Shown here: piece after piece, positions 23,738-36,923 of the stretch
How positions within the stretch are numbered: the stretch's first letter is position 1
How the letters are laid out: the number at the start of each line of letters is the position of its first letter
Assembly (NCBI RefSeq): GCF_006345805.1
Contig: NC_042999.1
Coordinates: forward strand, 94,736,001 to 94,800,000
DNA: 64,000 nt
Origin: Octopus sinensis
Lineage: Eukaryota
Direction of reading: 5' to 3'
Made by a program: the position numbers and the translations under genes
The notes under the pieces: model-generated
Told to the model about the DNA's origin: nothing
What the model saw: the letters and a program-made list of their open reading frames with translations, nothing else
Database searches by the model: none

Positions 23738-24582
23738 AACATATCGCACATTTGAAGAGAATCTGATGAATTTATATCATTTTCCTAACTAGCAAAGTAT
23801 TAATGTTATTGAGATTATATTTTCATGGGACGTAGTACGTTTTACTTGGTGCTATTGAATGAGGAGTTTTACGATTGTTTCCAATTTTAGGATGTTTCCG
23901 AGATATTTTATTCGACATATTGCGTGTAGATAAAGCCTAGGTACAGAATATATTTGAAGAGTCAAGTATGTTGTCAACTTTATAGAAGTGTGTGTATTCA
24001 AACAAAAACGAAATTATTAATTCGAGCTGTTTTGAATAATCAAGCTCCAGTGTGTTGGCTTATATAGACACAAAACATGAGCTAAGTTGGTGTGGCAGTA
24101 AGTTTCCAATGCATGAGAGCAGAGTCAAGGGCAGAAACGGTCTATAAGTCGATGGTTTTGTTGACAACCAGCGTAACAGCTTTCACTAAACGGCTACCTA
24201 TAAAGTATATGATGTCTAAAATAATATTGTTTGCTGGATCTGCATTTGCATGAATCTCACTGACAGTGACTGGAGAGGGAAAGAGATTCATGTCCAGGAT
24301 TTTATCAAGTTTGTGATACTGGATGATTCTAATGCGTTTCTTTAACAAGCTTTCAACATCTGTTTAGAAAATAGTGATATGTAAGAATATGTCGCCTTGT
24401 AAGGACGTAATTTCTCTATGAAGGACATGATGCTGAGAAGTCTGTTCTGTGTTGTCCGAGTATAGTGATCGAAGAATTATTCAAATTTGAAAGCAGTAAA
24501 AAAAATTCAGAAACGAAATTGTGGTGCAGACTCGGGTTAGGCCTTAATCAAGTCTTTTGTTATACGCTAGTATATCAAAATG

Positions 24583-24780
24583 GTGAGGATACATAGCCTA
24601 GTTGTTAAGATGCTGCACACATGGTCGCGATCGTGGTTTCAATTAAAAAGCATTTATGTAGTACGTTGTGTTCTTGAGCAAAACACTTCGTGTTGTTCTG
24701 GGATCACTTCGACCCCTGTACAAGTAACATCGATTTGAGGAAGGAAGTGAGCTAATGTACAGAACAGACATTTGATCATT
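24583..24780 (+). mobile_element. Old tRNA-derived SINE with CORE/V-like segment (third family)
   Basis: tagcctagttgttaag (A-box-like), gtggtttcaatt (B-box-like), ttgtgttcttgagcaaaacactt. Confidence 0.5.
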
Positions 24781-24841
24781 TCGTGTAAAGTAGTATTCTT
24801 GTATCTCGTAAGTCTCATTAGGTCAATATTAAATATGCACT

Positions 24842-25035
24842 AAGGCGGCGAGCTGGACGAAATGTTAGTACTCCTAGCAAAATGCTTCGCGGCATTTCGT
24901 CTGTTTTTACGTTCTGAGTTCGAATTCCGCCGATGTCGACATAGTGTTTCATCCTTCGAATCGAGCGCTTGGAGTCGATGTAATCACCCAACCGCTTCCC
25001 CGAAACTGCCGGCTTTGTGCCAAAATTCGAAACTA
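24842..25035 (+). mobile_element. SINE family A copy
   Basis: aaggcggcgagctgg...ttctgagttcgaattccgccga...ctttgtgccaaaattcgaaac. Confidence 0.85.
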
Positions 25036-26649
25036 ATACTAATCATACATATTAATAATTTGTTAACTACTTAGCTATTTAATCAGAAAATTAATCAACT
25101 GCTTAATTAATCGTTCGTCAAACAATCAGTCAGCTACGTTAGCCTTAGTTCTTTTACCCACTTCATGATCTTATCAATGACATGCCCCCTCAAATAAAGC
25201 TTCCCCTCTAGTGTATATGTCTGTTTCCTAGTTTCCAGATTCGAAATTCAGTCTTTATATTTATATGAATGTGAGTGAGTACGTATGTACGAGAAGAAAG
25301 AAAGAAAGAAAGAGAAGAGGATAGTATATGTGTATATGTGTAAGATATACGCATGCTTTTGTTTATTTGTCATTCTTTAACGTTTGTACACACAAACCTG
25401 TGTGTGTGTGCCTGTGCGTATTGATATGTATGTATAGATGTATGTATGTAACAATGTTTGTATTTATTTGCTTCTATGTATGCATATATATATATATATG
25501 TGTGTGTATATGTATGTATGTATGTATACAGAGGGATGCCTAAATACATACATACTATATAAATTAAAGGTGAATCTTGCTTTGTGAATGTACAAGTGTT
25601 ACTCTGGTTCTGTAAGCGTGTCTTTACATAGATGGGAGCTAAGTTGATGTGCAAGTACACTAGTCAATATATTGATATTTCAAAGTATAAAGTAATTTAT
25701 ATGGTTGGATGAAACAAAAGCAAGAAAATAATATAAGATTGTCACATAGACATGAGAAAACTTATTAAAATCCCCCAAGTATACAAATATTCAAGTGTGT
25801 TCCATTTCCTGTACGCAATTTCCAGTGCTGAATTAATCTTATGCATATATTAATACGTCTCTGGTACAGTATCTAAACGTTGTGCATTGGTAAACCGTAT
25901 CTCCGCATTGGATATATTTATTGTCACATGAATTACAAACAGTATAACATGCATAAACACTAAGATCTTTGTTCACTGTAAACAGAAAGAAACAATTTGA
26001 CCACATACACAGTAGCACACACGAACAAAGAGTAACACAAGGATATATTTAGAGAAGAAATGCAAGGTACAAAAATTACAGAAAGCGAGAGAGGGATGTG
26101 TATAGAGAAATGGCTGTGAAAATATATGAACAAACTTCAATGATCATGCAACATCAGATGAAAAATGACGTATATATGTGCATATATATTGCGAACACAA
26201 GTAGGCACACACTCGCACCTCCCTACACGCACACGCATATATGTATATATATATATATATGGGTATATAAGTATATATATGTGCGCGTGCATATGCAAGA
26301 ATTCTCAGTACAATACGGAGTATGCATCCCTGAAAACCTACCACAACGCGGAGAGTCATTACAAGAAATAACATCCCGTTGACCTTTCATATTATAAAGT
26401 GATAATGCGTTCTGACGGATTTTTCCGGAAACCGAAAAGGGGGGAAAAACGTGACCACTATTATAAGTGAAAATAACGTCTGTTAGATAATATCTACAAT
26501 ATGTATACATAAAACATTGGAGAAGACCTTATAATGTAAAAATGGTTTGTACAAAAGATGTTCACTACTAGATGAGGAATGATGATGCTGTAGTGACAGT
26601 TAACTGGGGTGGATGAAGAACACTATTGTTTTACTGTTCATCACCAGCA

Positions 26650-27500
26650 GCATGTACTTGTGAGGCAAATAGCATCCAAGATAGTTTGTAGCTTCTAGTG
26701 GAACTCAATGTGGAAATTAAGTTCATGGTAAACTCTTTTTATAATTTTCATGTTACGTTTATTCTTACTGTTGTTATCAGTAAAAACTTGCAGACCTTCT
26801 CGTTTTGCAGCCAGTTTTAGTGAAGCTAGTGGAATTTCAGTTCTCACATCTGTATTTTCAGTTTCCTATTCTAACAGCAAAAGCTCCTCGTTAGATAAGC
26901 ATTCCCTGCAGAACACTAGTGACAAAGACATCATCCTCTGTTACTACTTGAAACCCTACGTTATTTGCAACTATCATATCTTTCTGAATTTAACGTAGAC
27001 TTTCTGCTTATGGAAAACTTAAGTCATGGCTACAAGCTGGCCATCTATTTTCCAAGAACCATACAAATATGAATGTTCCCATTCATCTCATGACTCAGCT
27101 ATGTTATCCAAAGCATCCATTAAACTGCATTTCTTCTAGGAATCTCTTGTTGTAGATGATATTCCTTATCAATTACTTTTTGATAAGTTGTTTTGAAAGT
27201 TCTCAAATATTATGCCTTGAAGTTAGCTACCACGCCTTGATTCATTGGCTGGTTCGAAGAAGTTGAATGTTTGAGGATATATTCAGCTCACATTATCAGA
27301 AATTCACTAAGTAACTTAATGCGTTTTCTTTGGAGCACTTAACATAATCTTCGCTATATTGCTACGAATTTTTCTCATTTTAGACCTTAAGAATATAAAT
27401 ATTTCGGCTAAGGGGATAATTTTCCCTCCTTCTTCAAGCCGTTTGAAAACAATTCTTCATTTTCATTTGATAACTTCTTTCCAGATATTTTGAGTTGTGG
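26650..27500 (-). pseudogene. Tigger/pogo-family (DDE_1) transposase relic with internal deletion
   Basis: Minus-strand peptides VFKRLEEGGK (N-terminal HTH), DNVS, QPMNQGVVANFKA*YLRTF (cf. QPMDQGVIANFKAYYLRRTF), DALDNIAES*DE and TNEELLLLE; many stops. Confidence 0.85.
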
Positions 27501-27779
27501 GTAAATCCTATAACATCGGCTATCAACAATTATCCCCCCTAAATAAGTAGTGAAGAACGGCAATGTTTATATACAGATATGTCTACGTATGTATTGTGAT
27601 TATCATTTTCCAGATAGTTAATTTTCTTGGCCTTAGCTAAAACGCCTGACAGCAGCCTATTGTATAAAAATAACGTGTACCATATTGAATCAAATGTGTT
27701 TTCGTGTTTCAAGATTAAATTAATAATTCAAATCAATTACATAAGTAAAGCATTTATTCATTAAAATATAGCCCATCAT

Positions 27780-28746
27780 ATCCCATTGTCTATTACCATC
27801 GTTGTGTCAGAACTCGATTCCAAGCTTATAACATTTGGCTGACCCGTTTTCAGCCCCGTCCACGTTTTGAAACTCCGCCCATACAGAACAAAAAGGGTGG
27901 TATTGCTACGGTGCAAGGTTTGGACTGTAGTGTGAGGCAGCACTTCCAAGCCCTCAAGTTCCTCATGCTTTCGAATGGTCACATTGGCGGCGTACGCTGG
28001 GCCATTGTCACATTGTCATACCGTATGAGTGCGCATCTTCGATTGACCATTCCCGGAAGCTGCTTTCAAAGCATCATATATTCGCTACAGTTGTTGAGCT
28101 TATAGGTTATTGTTCAGATTATGATCATCTGGCACGAGTTCAAAATGGAACATCCACTCGAAAGTGGAACACTCACACATGAAACACACATAACATTCTG
28201 TTCAAGCAACCCTGATTTGACAACAGGATTTGAATCCTGGCCGCAACGAAGCCCCTGATTTCTCTTATTGGGATAACGAAAATAGTTCCATTTTTTCATC
28301 CTCAGTTATACATTGGATGACAAAAACCGGCATTTCGATTATTTGCCACCAGTCATTTGCAAATGTTGGTACGTCGTTGAGCCTTGTCATCGGCTAATTA
28401 ATGAGGAACTTCTTGACAGTATTTGTTCACAAGGGCGAGCTTAAGGAGATGTCAACTCATGGCACTTTGTGAAGGTCCAAGTTCTACCGATGATGTTCGA
28501 GAGCTTGTAATTGGATGTTTTCCAAGCTCTTCAAGCAAAGCCTCCTGATCCACGAAGAAGGTCTCTTTGGCTTCGTGGCTAGTGTCCACTTCCTTGAAAC
28601 GCCTGAACCAATTTTGTGCTACACGTTCGTTGACGCTTCCTGAGCATTCCACATCATAAATGTCTTTTGCCAATGCCTTTCACACAGTCCTTTTTCTCCC
28701 ACAAGTAGCGTAAAATGGCTTTAATTGCAGTTTTTTCAATACTCAT
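27780..28746 (-). pseudogene. mariner (Tc1/mariner D34D-type) transposase relic
   Basis: ATG at 28746 (MSIEKTAIKAILRYLWEK). Then VNERVAQNWFRRFK (HTH), VPH, ITEDEKWNYFR (TGDEKW motif), DNGPAY...LEGLEVLPH and YSPNLAP*QYHPF (YSPDLAPSDYHLF motif). No TIRs recognised. Confidence 0.92.
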
Positions 28747-28961
28747 TAAACCTGTAAAAGACGGAAAAAGCAATTAATGCTTATATGTTATAAATGAAAA
28801 TAAAGAACGAACAATTCGACAATTTAACAATTAATTGCGTTCAATTATGAAACAAAACATTGCCACGCAGTTTACAACGGTTTCATTCCAAGGCTAAAAC
28901 CTCATTACCCTATTACTCTGCTAATGCCCACAAGAAAACTATTATTACGCCATATGCCCAC

Positions 28962-29202
28962 GGGCATATGGCGTAGTGGTTAAGAGCGTGGGCTACTAAC
29001 CGCAAGATTCCGAGTTCGATTCCAGGCATTGACCTCAATAATAATAATAACGACACCGACAAATACCTTAGGAATGGGAACCCAGGTTCGAAATTTACCC
29101 AAGACGCCTCATGAAGGCTGGAGGGTATATCAGCCGAACCGTTGTGTTAACAACAAACAAGATGAGGACAACATCCGTCAAAATGTAAATAATGTAAATA
29201 AT
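28962..29202 (+). mobile_element. tRNA-derived SINE (family C) with a hammerhead-like motif in its 3' part and a (TGTAAATAA)2 tail
   Basis: A box TGGCGTAGTGG 28969-28979, B box GAGTTCGATTCC 29012-29023, short (AAT)n spacer, hammerhead topology at 29103-29148. Confidence 0.85.
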
Positions 29203-30372
29203 TCTTCATCTCTTAAGTATAGAACTGCAGTATTAGTTTATAATATTAAATTACTTAGTAAACTTACTGTCGGTAAGTCCAATTTGTAGTTATCTTACGA
29301 AAAACAAAAATGCTGAAAACTTATTCCTTTCTGAGATTTCCTTTACTTATTTGTATTACTTCCTTTGAAGATATTTGCTGAGATGTCCAACTATTTAGGA
29401 AACTTGTTATATAGGTGGAATATCTTTCAATAATGCTGACAGCTTCATATCTACATACATCGTAAATAAATATATAAGTTCTAAATTTTCTTCGTTTCGC
29501 ATTATGACAAACATTGCCATATTTGTTTTTTTTTTATTTTTTCATTAGTTATAATTTTAGAGTCTCATCATATTAGTATGATTAAGATTGCAGACATTTC
29601 TAATTAACAGAAAATAAACTTTTACACCTATCAATCAAAATAAGAAGGAAAATTAAACATTTATATTATTCGTTTGAAATTGAAGTTTTACACCTCTGCC
29701 CACACACAATTTTTCACCATATATTCTAGTTTGTCTATGCAGTAATTAAACGACTCAGCCATGCTTATGTTCTAAATACGTTTCTTCTATATTGCAATTA
29801 GTTACATCTTTTGCTATATATAGTTTAAAACGCCTATCTTTTACAATGTCAGTAAAGGCGTATATATGATAAATCAGCCAGATTTCTCGTATAATACAAC
29901 CTAGCACCTTAACAAATGACGCACGAAATAATATAATACTAGATAACGAAAAAAGTAACGGTTTCAATTTGAAAGCCATACATGACACGAGTTGATCTGG
30001 AATCAACAAGAAAAATACCTCCATACTGCACTGTCAAAAGTAATCTTAATGTACTTACAGTAACGACAGAAATATTCCTCGTGTGTCTCCTTTGTTCCTC
30101 CGCATTTCATTAGCATTTACTATACGTCTCCATCTGATATAAATAATGCATTTTATCCTTTAAATATGTTTCTCCTAAGAAGTGTGAATTGGATAATTCA
30201 TGTGCGCCAAGATTAAATGTTTGACACAAAAATCGCAAGATTACTTTACATTTGTATTATATGCAAATGGGTATAAGCTATCTATGTTATGATATGAAAG
30301 TTCGGTCGGTCGGAAGGTATGCAGGCAGGTAGGTAGGTAGGTAGGTAAGTAGGTATAAATAGTATGAGTGTC

Positions 30373-30715
30373 ATACTATGGAAGGAAATTCCCATCAAAA
30401 CTTCTGACAGACGCACACATAACAGACCTGATATAGTTATTTGGAAAAGATTAAAATAATTCGATGTATAGATATGGAGGTTAGTTGCACGGCAGATGAG
30501 AAAATCGCATCCAAAATCAACGACAAGGAGACTATAGAATACTTAACAACTTCTTTCAAATTTACATATTATTCACCCTGATTATAAATTCACATATGTA
30601 CTAATCATCTTTCAGTCACTTAGATATATCAGTAAATATAAAGCGACAATCTATGAAAGATTTGGAAGTGTTTTACAGATACATGTATGTGGAACAGTTA
30701 AAATATGCAAAATAG
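30373..30715 (+). pseudogene. Restriction-like endonuclease domain relic of an RLE-type LINE (lineage distinct from the Dong-like copies)
   Basis: ILWKEIPIKTSDRRTHNRPDIVIW...MEVSCTADEKIASKINDKE...HPDYKFTYVLII...LQIHVCGTVKICK (PD..(D/E)xK architecture). Confidence 0.8.
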
Positions 30716-30782
30716 ACTTGCTTTTTGTCCTATGGGTAACAACTATAATTTCTTATTTGCTTGCCTGTAGAAAGTAGGTAAA

Positions 30783-30915
30783 ATGGCTATGATGCTCCCC
30801 CACCACTCTTGCTCATGATCAGAGATGCACATATTGTCAGCCACTAAGGGGCTTGTTCAAGTAGTAAAGGTCAAGCAACTGACAAGCAAATTTGTGGTAT
30901 TGACCAGAATATTTA
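30783..30915 (-). repeat. Internal fragment of the TAA-tailed repeat found at 58763-59932
   Basis: tggctatgatgctcccccaccact...gatcagagatgcacatatt is the reverse complement of about 59520-59630. Confidence 0.85.
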
Positions 30916-31330
30916 CTATAACGATATTTCTGCTCCAGCTAATCAGTACCGAATCTGTCTGAAATGAAATGGGAAAAATGTCAGATTCAAACCATTAACC
31001 TCCAGGTCAGAAAAGCAAAGTTTGAAGGGAACTAGTGTCATTTGTTTTGATTGCTAAATAGAAGCATATTCGAAATAACACTTACCAACCAAAACACCAC
31101 AAAATAAAAATTTTGTTACGCAGTGTTCTCGTCCTTGTCATTTAAATTCCGATGAAGAATATTTGTCTTTGTTAGAAAACAACGTCTTCAGTCTAGTGAG
31201 AATATGAATATATATAAAGATGTGAAGACATGCGCATGCACACACACACATACACACGTTGTATATACATACATACATACATACATCGTATATATGTATA
31301 CATACATCGTATATATGTATACATACATCG

Positions 31331-31367
<37 letters not shown>

Positions 31368-33959
31368 ATATGTGTATATATATGTATACGTCTGTATCAG
31401 TTAGAGGTTAAGAAACAATCTAAGGGATATTAAATATCCAATATAACACTGTATATGTACCTATGTATTTTTAACCAAGTGCTTACTATTGCATGGCATC
31501 ATTGAAATTGAATACTAAGTATGGGTGGGGGTAAATTGGAAATGTATCCAGGATTTGTAAAGAAAAAAAGAAAATAGAGAGGATATAAAATCGACAAACA
31601 TCAGCCAGTAAACATTCCATTATAACTATTTATTTAATATCAAACATGTGTTTAATTGGTACAAGTAAACAAATGAAATCAGCCAATAAATATGTAAACA
31701 GATATATATAGAGAGAGATGAATGAATAATAATAGACGAGTGTACAGATACAAATCCCTTGCGGCCGTTTCTACCATGAGGCCTCAGAAACTTCCAAGTC
31801 ATCCTCATCACGTCAGTGATATACAGGCATGAACAAACATTGGACAAAGATTGGATAATGATTGAGCCTCAAGTCTTCTTCAGAGAGTACAAATGTTAGG
31901 AAACTAACATGTTGGAAATTCAGTTGGAATAATAGAGTAGGGTAAAATAAGGTAAGATAGAATAAAATAGGTAAAATTAAAAAATAATGTAATGTTTGGT
32001 AATAGAGATGGTAAGGAAAGGTTAGAACTTCATTTTAAGGTGTTATTGTATAATCCATGGAATTCCATCCTGTGGTAAGTAAAGTCACTCTCAGGAGATA
32101 TATCCGTAGGCTGTGGTTTACATCGTGTTTCCATTACACTGGGGGAAATAGTGAAAGTAGTATGTTATGTGGTGGATTTAATGGTATGGTCCACGTTACA
32201 GGGGTCAGAAGTTAGAGGCTATCCGCTATTTAAGAAATAGAACATTACGAAAGGAGTTGGCAGAAATAATTTAAATTGAACCTGTTGGTGGGGAAATTAA
32301 TACATAAGTACATGAAAGAAAGAAAAACTGGGCAAAAACTTAGTGCGATGTTAACATCGCACCAAGGAATACAATCATCGTATAAACTAGCACAGATGCA
32401 CACATACTCATACACATGCACGTATATATGTGTGTGTGTATGTGTATATATATTTATAGACCCTCATAAATATATGCACGCGTATACATGAATGCTAATG
32501 TATGTATTTGTGTACTCATATGCTTATATCATATGTCCGAGTACACAAATATAATCACATTATGACATACGTTTATAATCATAACTACATATAATCTATT
32601 TAGTCTGAGAATGTGTGCTTCTGTTGTTGCAATACCGCTTCTCTTGTGTCATTAATTAGTTTACTGACAAAAGAAATGCCTGAATGCTTCTTATTGTTAT
32701 TTTTGTTCTCTTTAAGTCTGAAAGCTTACGTTTATTAATGAATCCTTAAATGTACTCATTTAACACGACTTCTATATAGAAAAGCAGTCAATTCCGTTTA
32801 TTTATAAGAACATTTTCATTACTGCTTCTTCTACAATTTAGTCTGTGTCTGAAAATAAACTTAAAGCATACACGTAGCAAAATAACACAAATCAACAAGA
32901 GTACCTTGATATGATCGTTCACTCTGTTAAAATTAGCTGCTATATCTCCCCCTCATCGCACTTTACTGACTTAAACTGGAAGGTCAATTTGCATTATATA
33001 AACCTACGTATAATATAGTTGAAAAATTCTGGAAAGTCACAACAGGAACACTTTGAATATGTGTTTACTATTTCAGGGCGTTTGCGCTTTTGCTATTCTA
33101 AGAGTAAGAGGGGAGCATTAATAAGGAAGTGGATGCAATTTAACCTGCTGGAAATATCCAAAGTTCCCATCTCACACATCCATCTTGATAATGTAAGATA
33201 CGTATATAATATCTAAAGTGTGAGATAATCACAGGTAAAATATCTTCAATCATAGACCTACCTGATTAGGGACTGACTTCATATCATGCACCAATGACAG
33301 TGTTGAAGCTGACGACAACAAAATAAAAGGCAACAAACACTACAACAACAGACCATATGCCTGAGCCAGGAGAACCGTTACTACATGGAGTAAAATTCTT
33401 AGTGGCATTTCTTCCGTTCTCTTTTCTGATTTCAAATTACGATGAGGTTGAATCTACCTTTCACCCTTTTGATCTCAATGAAATAAGTAATATTCGAACA
33501 CTTGAGCTGATGTATTCAGCTTACCCTTTCCCTTTAAAATTGCTAGCATTCTGCTAAAATTAGCAAGATTTAGTATTGTTGTTTCCGTTGATGATGATGA
33601 TGCTGTTTTGTAAAGAATCATGTACAGAACAGCGGAGGTGTCCTGCATATATGAATTAGATTTAATGGGTGGAAGGGAAAATGTCTGCAACGAAATATAC
33701 ACTTCTATGTCATGGCTTATAGAGTAAGAATATCTTCATTAATCCAGCTAGTTATAAGACTGAAGTCTATGAAGTATTTCTTCACGCATCACTTATTTAA
33801 TGATTTCGATGTTCCGCATGAGTGTGTTTAATAGATTTTTAAACACTTAATAAGGAGCCACAATTCCTCGCCAGAGGATTTGGAGTTTCTTTCCGTGTGT
33901 TTATATGTTTTTATGTTTCTGATGTGTGGCTGTTATTTCACTCATTATTTATTTTAAGA

Positions 33960-34106
33960 TGTATTGAGTGTACACGCACAAACACATACATACAAACACA
34001 CACAAACACACACATATACAGAGGCAGAGAGAGAGAGAGAGAGAGATTTATGTATTGTACGTATGCATCACTATTATATATCTATGTATATGTATGTGTG
34101 TGTGCG

Positions 34107-34145
<39 letters not shown>

Positions 34146-34154
34146 ATATATATA

Positions 34155-34188
<34 letters not shown>

Positions 34189-34392
34189 ATGTGTGTATAT
34201 ATGTGTGTGTGTATGTGTGTGTATATATGTATGTGTGTGTATGTATATATATATATTATATATATATATGTGTGTGTATGTGTATATATATGTGTGTATG
34301 TGTATATATATATGTGTGTGTATATATATGTGTGTGTGTATATATATATATGTGTGTGTGTATATATATATGCGTATATATATATATATATA

Positions 34393-34443
<51 letters not shown>

Positions 34444-34444
34444 C

Positions 34445-34476
<32 letters not shown>

Positions 34477-34480
34477 TCCA
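33960..34480. repeat. Compound (CA)/(GA)/(TA)/(TG) microsatellite, about 520 bp
   Basis: Near-continuous dinucleotide repeats; explains six spurious ORFs. Confidence 0.97.
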
Positions 34481-36491
34481 GTGTATATGTATTGCATACG
34501 TTTACTTTCTTGTTTTTTTTTACATGATTTAGTGCATTTTTTTCTTTTTCTTGGGCTGGTTGTTTAGTTACCGAAGTTTATTCATGTTGAATAATTGCTT
34601 CAAATCTTGATCGGATCAGATATTAATTCTTTTGATAACAAAATTGTCGATAAAAATAATAGTAACAACATTAATAACAATCATAATAATAATAATAATA
34701 ATAATTAATCACCACAAAAATATTTATCATTATTTTTATTATTAATTTTACAATACTTATTAATGTTAGCGGTCTTTCACATTAAAGCTGAACCGAATCT
34801 TTCATCTATTTCAGTAGCAAAACAATCAGTTATCTCCCTTAATTCTACTATTTCCTGTACAATTTTATTATTCACAAAAATGTTTTAATGCTAGTCGTGT
34901 GATAGTGTGAGACTTATGTGTGTGTACGTGTATTCATGTATGTGTTTGTGTGTGTTTGGCAAGCCTGAGTACGTATTCATGTGCACACGCGTGTGTGCGT
35001 GCGTGTGCATGTGAGCCTCTTTCTGTATATATGCGTATATGAATGTTAATATTTATATATTAATTATAACGAGATCAAAACAGTTTGTTTTGGCTGGCGC
35101 CTTATTTTCTGTGCTGATGGGTGTTCAATTTATGCGTGTGTATATATGTGTATTTATGCAAAGGTTATAGATAGAAACCGAGAGTGTGGGAGGGAGGGTT
35201 GTATGTGTGTATATTCATGCATAAGTAAGAACTCGGCTATGATTCAGGTAGTAGTAAGACCGCTTTGTTATCACAAGGTTCAGGTTCAATTTTTCCTCGC
35301 CTCACAGCGGGTTTGTTCCAGGCATTGTATAAAAAACTAAATAGACGTAAACTGAGGAGTTCTTCGGATGGAGTATATCTATAATTCAAAGAGCAAATTT
35401 TATTAAAACTGCGAATCATATTCTTGTCATCTGAGAATTATTTTAAGTGTACATGTGTCTGTTGAATACTCTACCACAAATATTATAATGTAATTTAAGT
35501 ATTTTGTGATTTGAGGGAGAAACGAGTGATATTTCTAACCGATCAAGCGATCACGTACAAGTCCCTGTTAACTTTGGTGACGCCTGTTTTAGAGAAGCGA
35601 ATTCGTAAACGGAAGGAGACTGTACTGGATTTTCACGAATTAAAATCGTATAAAATCGCCCAGTGTCCTTGTAATGTTGAAAATTTATTAAAATATATTG
35701 AACCTGGTATGACGAATACTAAACGGTAAAGGATTACGTTCAAATGATTTGTGAGTGTGTAACTCATTCGATTTTCTCTTATAACTATTTTTCACTTCTT
35801 TAATGACATCGGAGACGACTTCAACGATATAACATGCACTATACTGTCTATGGATTTAATGACAGTTTGCTTTTGATGAATATTCCTATTACGGCACAGG
35901 TCGAATTCTTGTCAGTATTTATCCTAAATTTTATATCTTTATTTTCAAAATATTCCATTAACTGCTGTATTATCAGGCGTATATTCCCAAACCTAATCTA
36001 TTTTAAAATTGTTTTCCCCTTAAATCGTATTCTGCGTTTGTTTAATACTGAATATGGCTGCAAAATACTATAGTCTGTTTCTTGAAATAGTAGGATTAGC
36101 TTTGGATAATGTCATAAAGTGTTATATGGAAGTAAAATGGCAGAGAGAGAAAGATATAGTTTTAGAATATAATCATGGGGTAATGATTTTTATTTATTAT
36201 AGTACCGAGCTGGAATTGTATTTTACCAGATCCACTCAAGTGAAAACTATTTCCTTGATTTCTAACAAACTGCAGATATGGTAGCTATAAAATATATCTA
36301 CAAAGTAACATTTGCACATGAATATATTGCTTGAAATATTTCATTTTATTCACTGCAGTCGGCTCCGCAACAATTCAATTCTGAGTATATTAGATTATAA
36401 TCAATTGCTCTTACCCGGAACAAACACTTTCCCTTTAACGATAACCGAGCACATTATCCAGCTCTATTTCTATCAATTGTCCTGATTTGCA

Positions 36492-36492
<1 letters not shown>

Positions 36493-36551
<59 letters not shown>

Positions 36552-36591
36552 CATTATCATCATTATTATTATTATTATCATCATCATCATA

Positions 36592-36627
<36 letters not shown>

Positions 36628-36664
36628 CATTATCATCATTATTATTATTATCATCATCATCATA

Positions 36665-36697
<33 letters not shown>

Positions 36698-36923
36698 CAT
36701 CATCATCATTTTTATTATTATTATTATCATCATCATTTTTATTATTATTATTATTATCATCATCATCATCATTTTTATTATTATTATCATCATCATCATT
36801 TTTATTATTATTATTATCATCATCATCATTTTTATTATTATTATTATTATTATCATCATCATCATCATTTTTATTATTATTATTATTATCATCATCATCA
36901 TCATTTTTATTATTATTATTATT
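36493..36923. repeat. Compound trinucleotide array (ATT)n(ATC)n with higher-order periodicity
   Basis: About nine blocks of (ATT)n(ATC)3-5 joined by ATTTTT or ATATTTT. Confidence 0.97.

Noticed and set aside
24142-24348. ORF with IIYFIGS resembling the PLE RT motif RPIVSFIGS
   Set aside because: Only one weak motif; too little to call.
26408-26440. ctgacggatttttccggaaaccg as a hammerhead
   Set aside because: The NGA of the core is absent, and there is no NUH triplet or stem I.
28962-29030. Functional tRNA gene
   Set aside because: A and B boxes are present but there is no complete acceptor stem, and it continues into a SINE body; treated as a SINE head.
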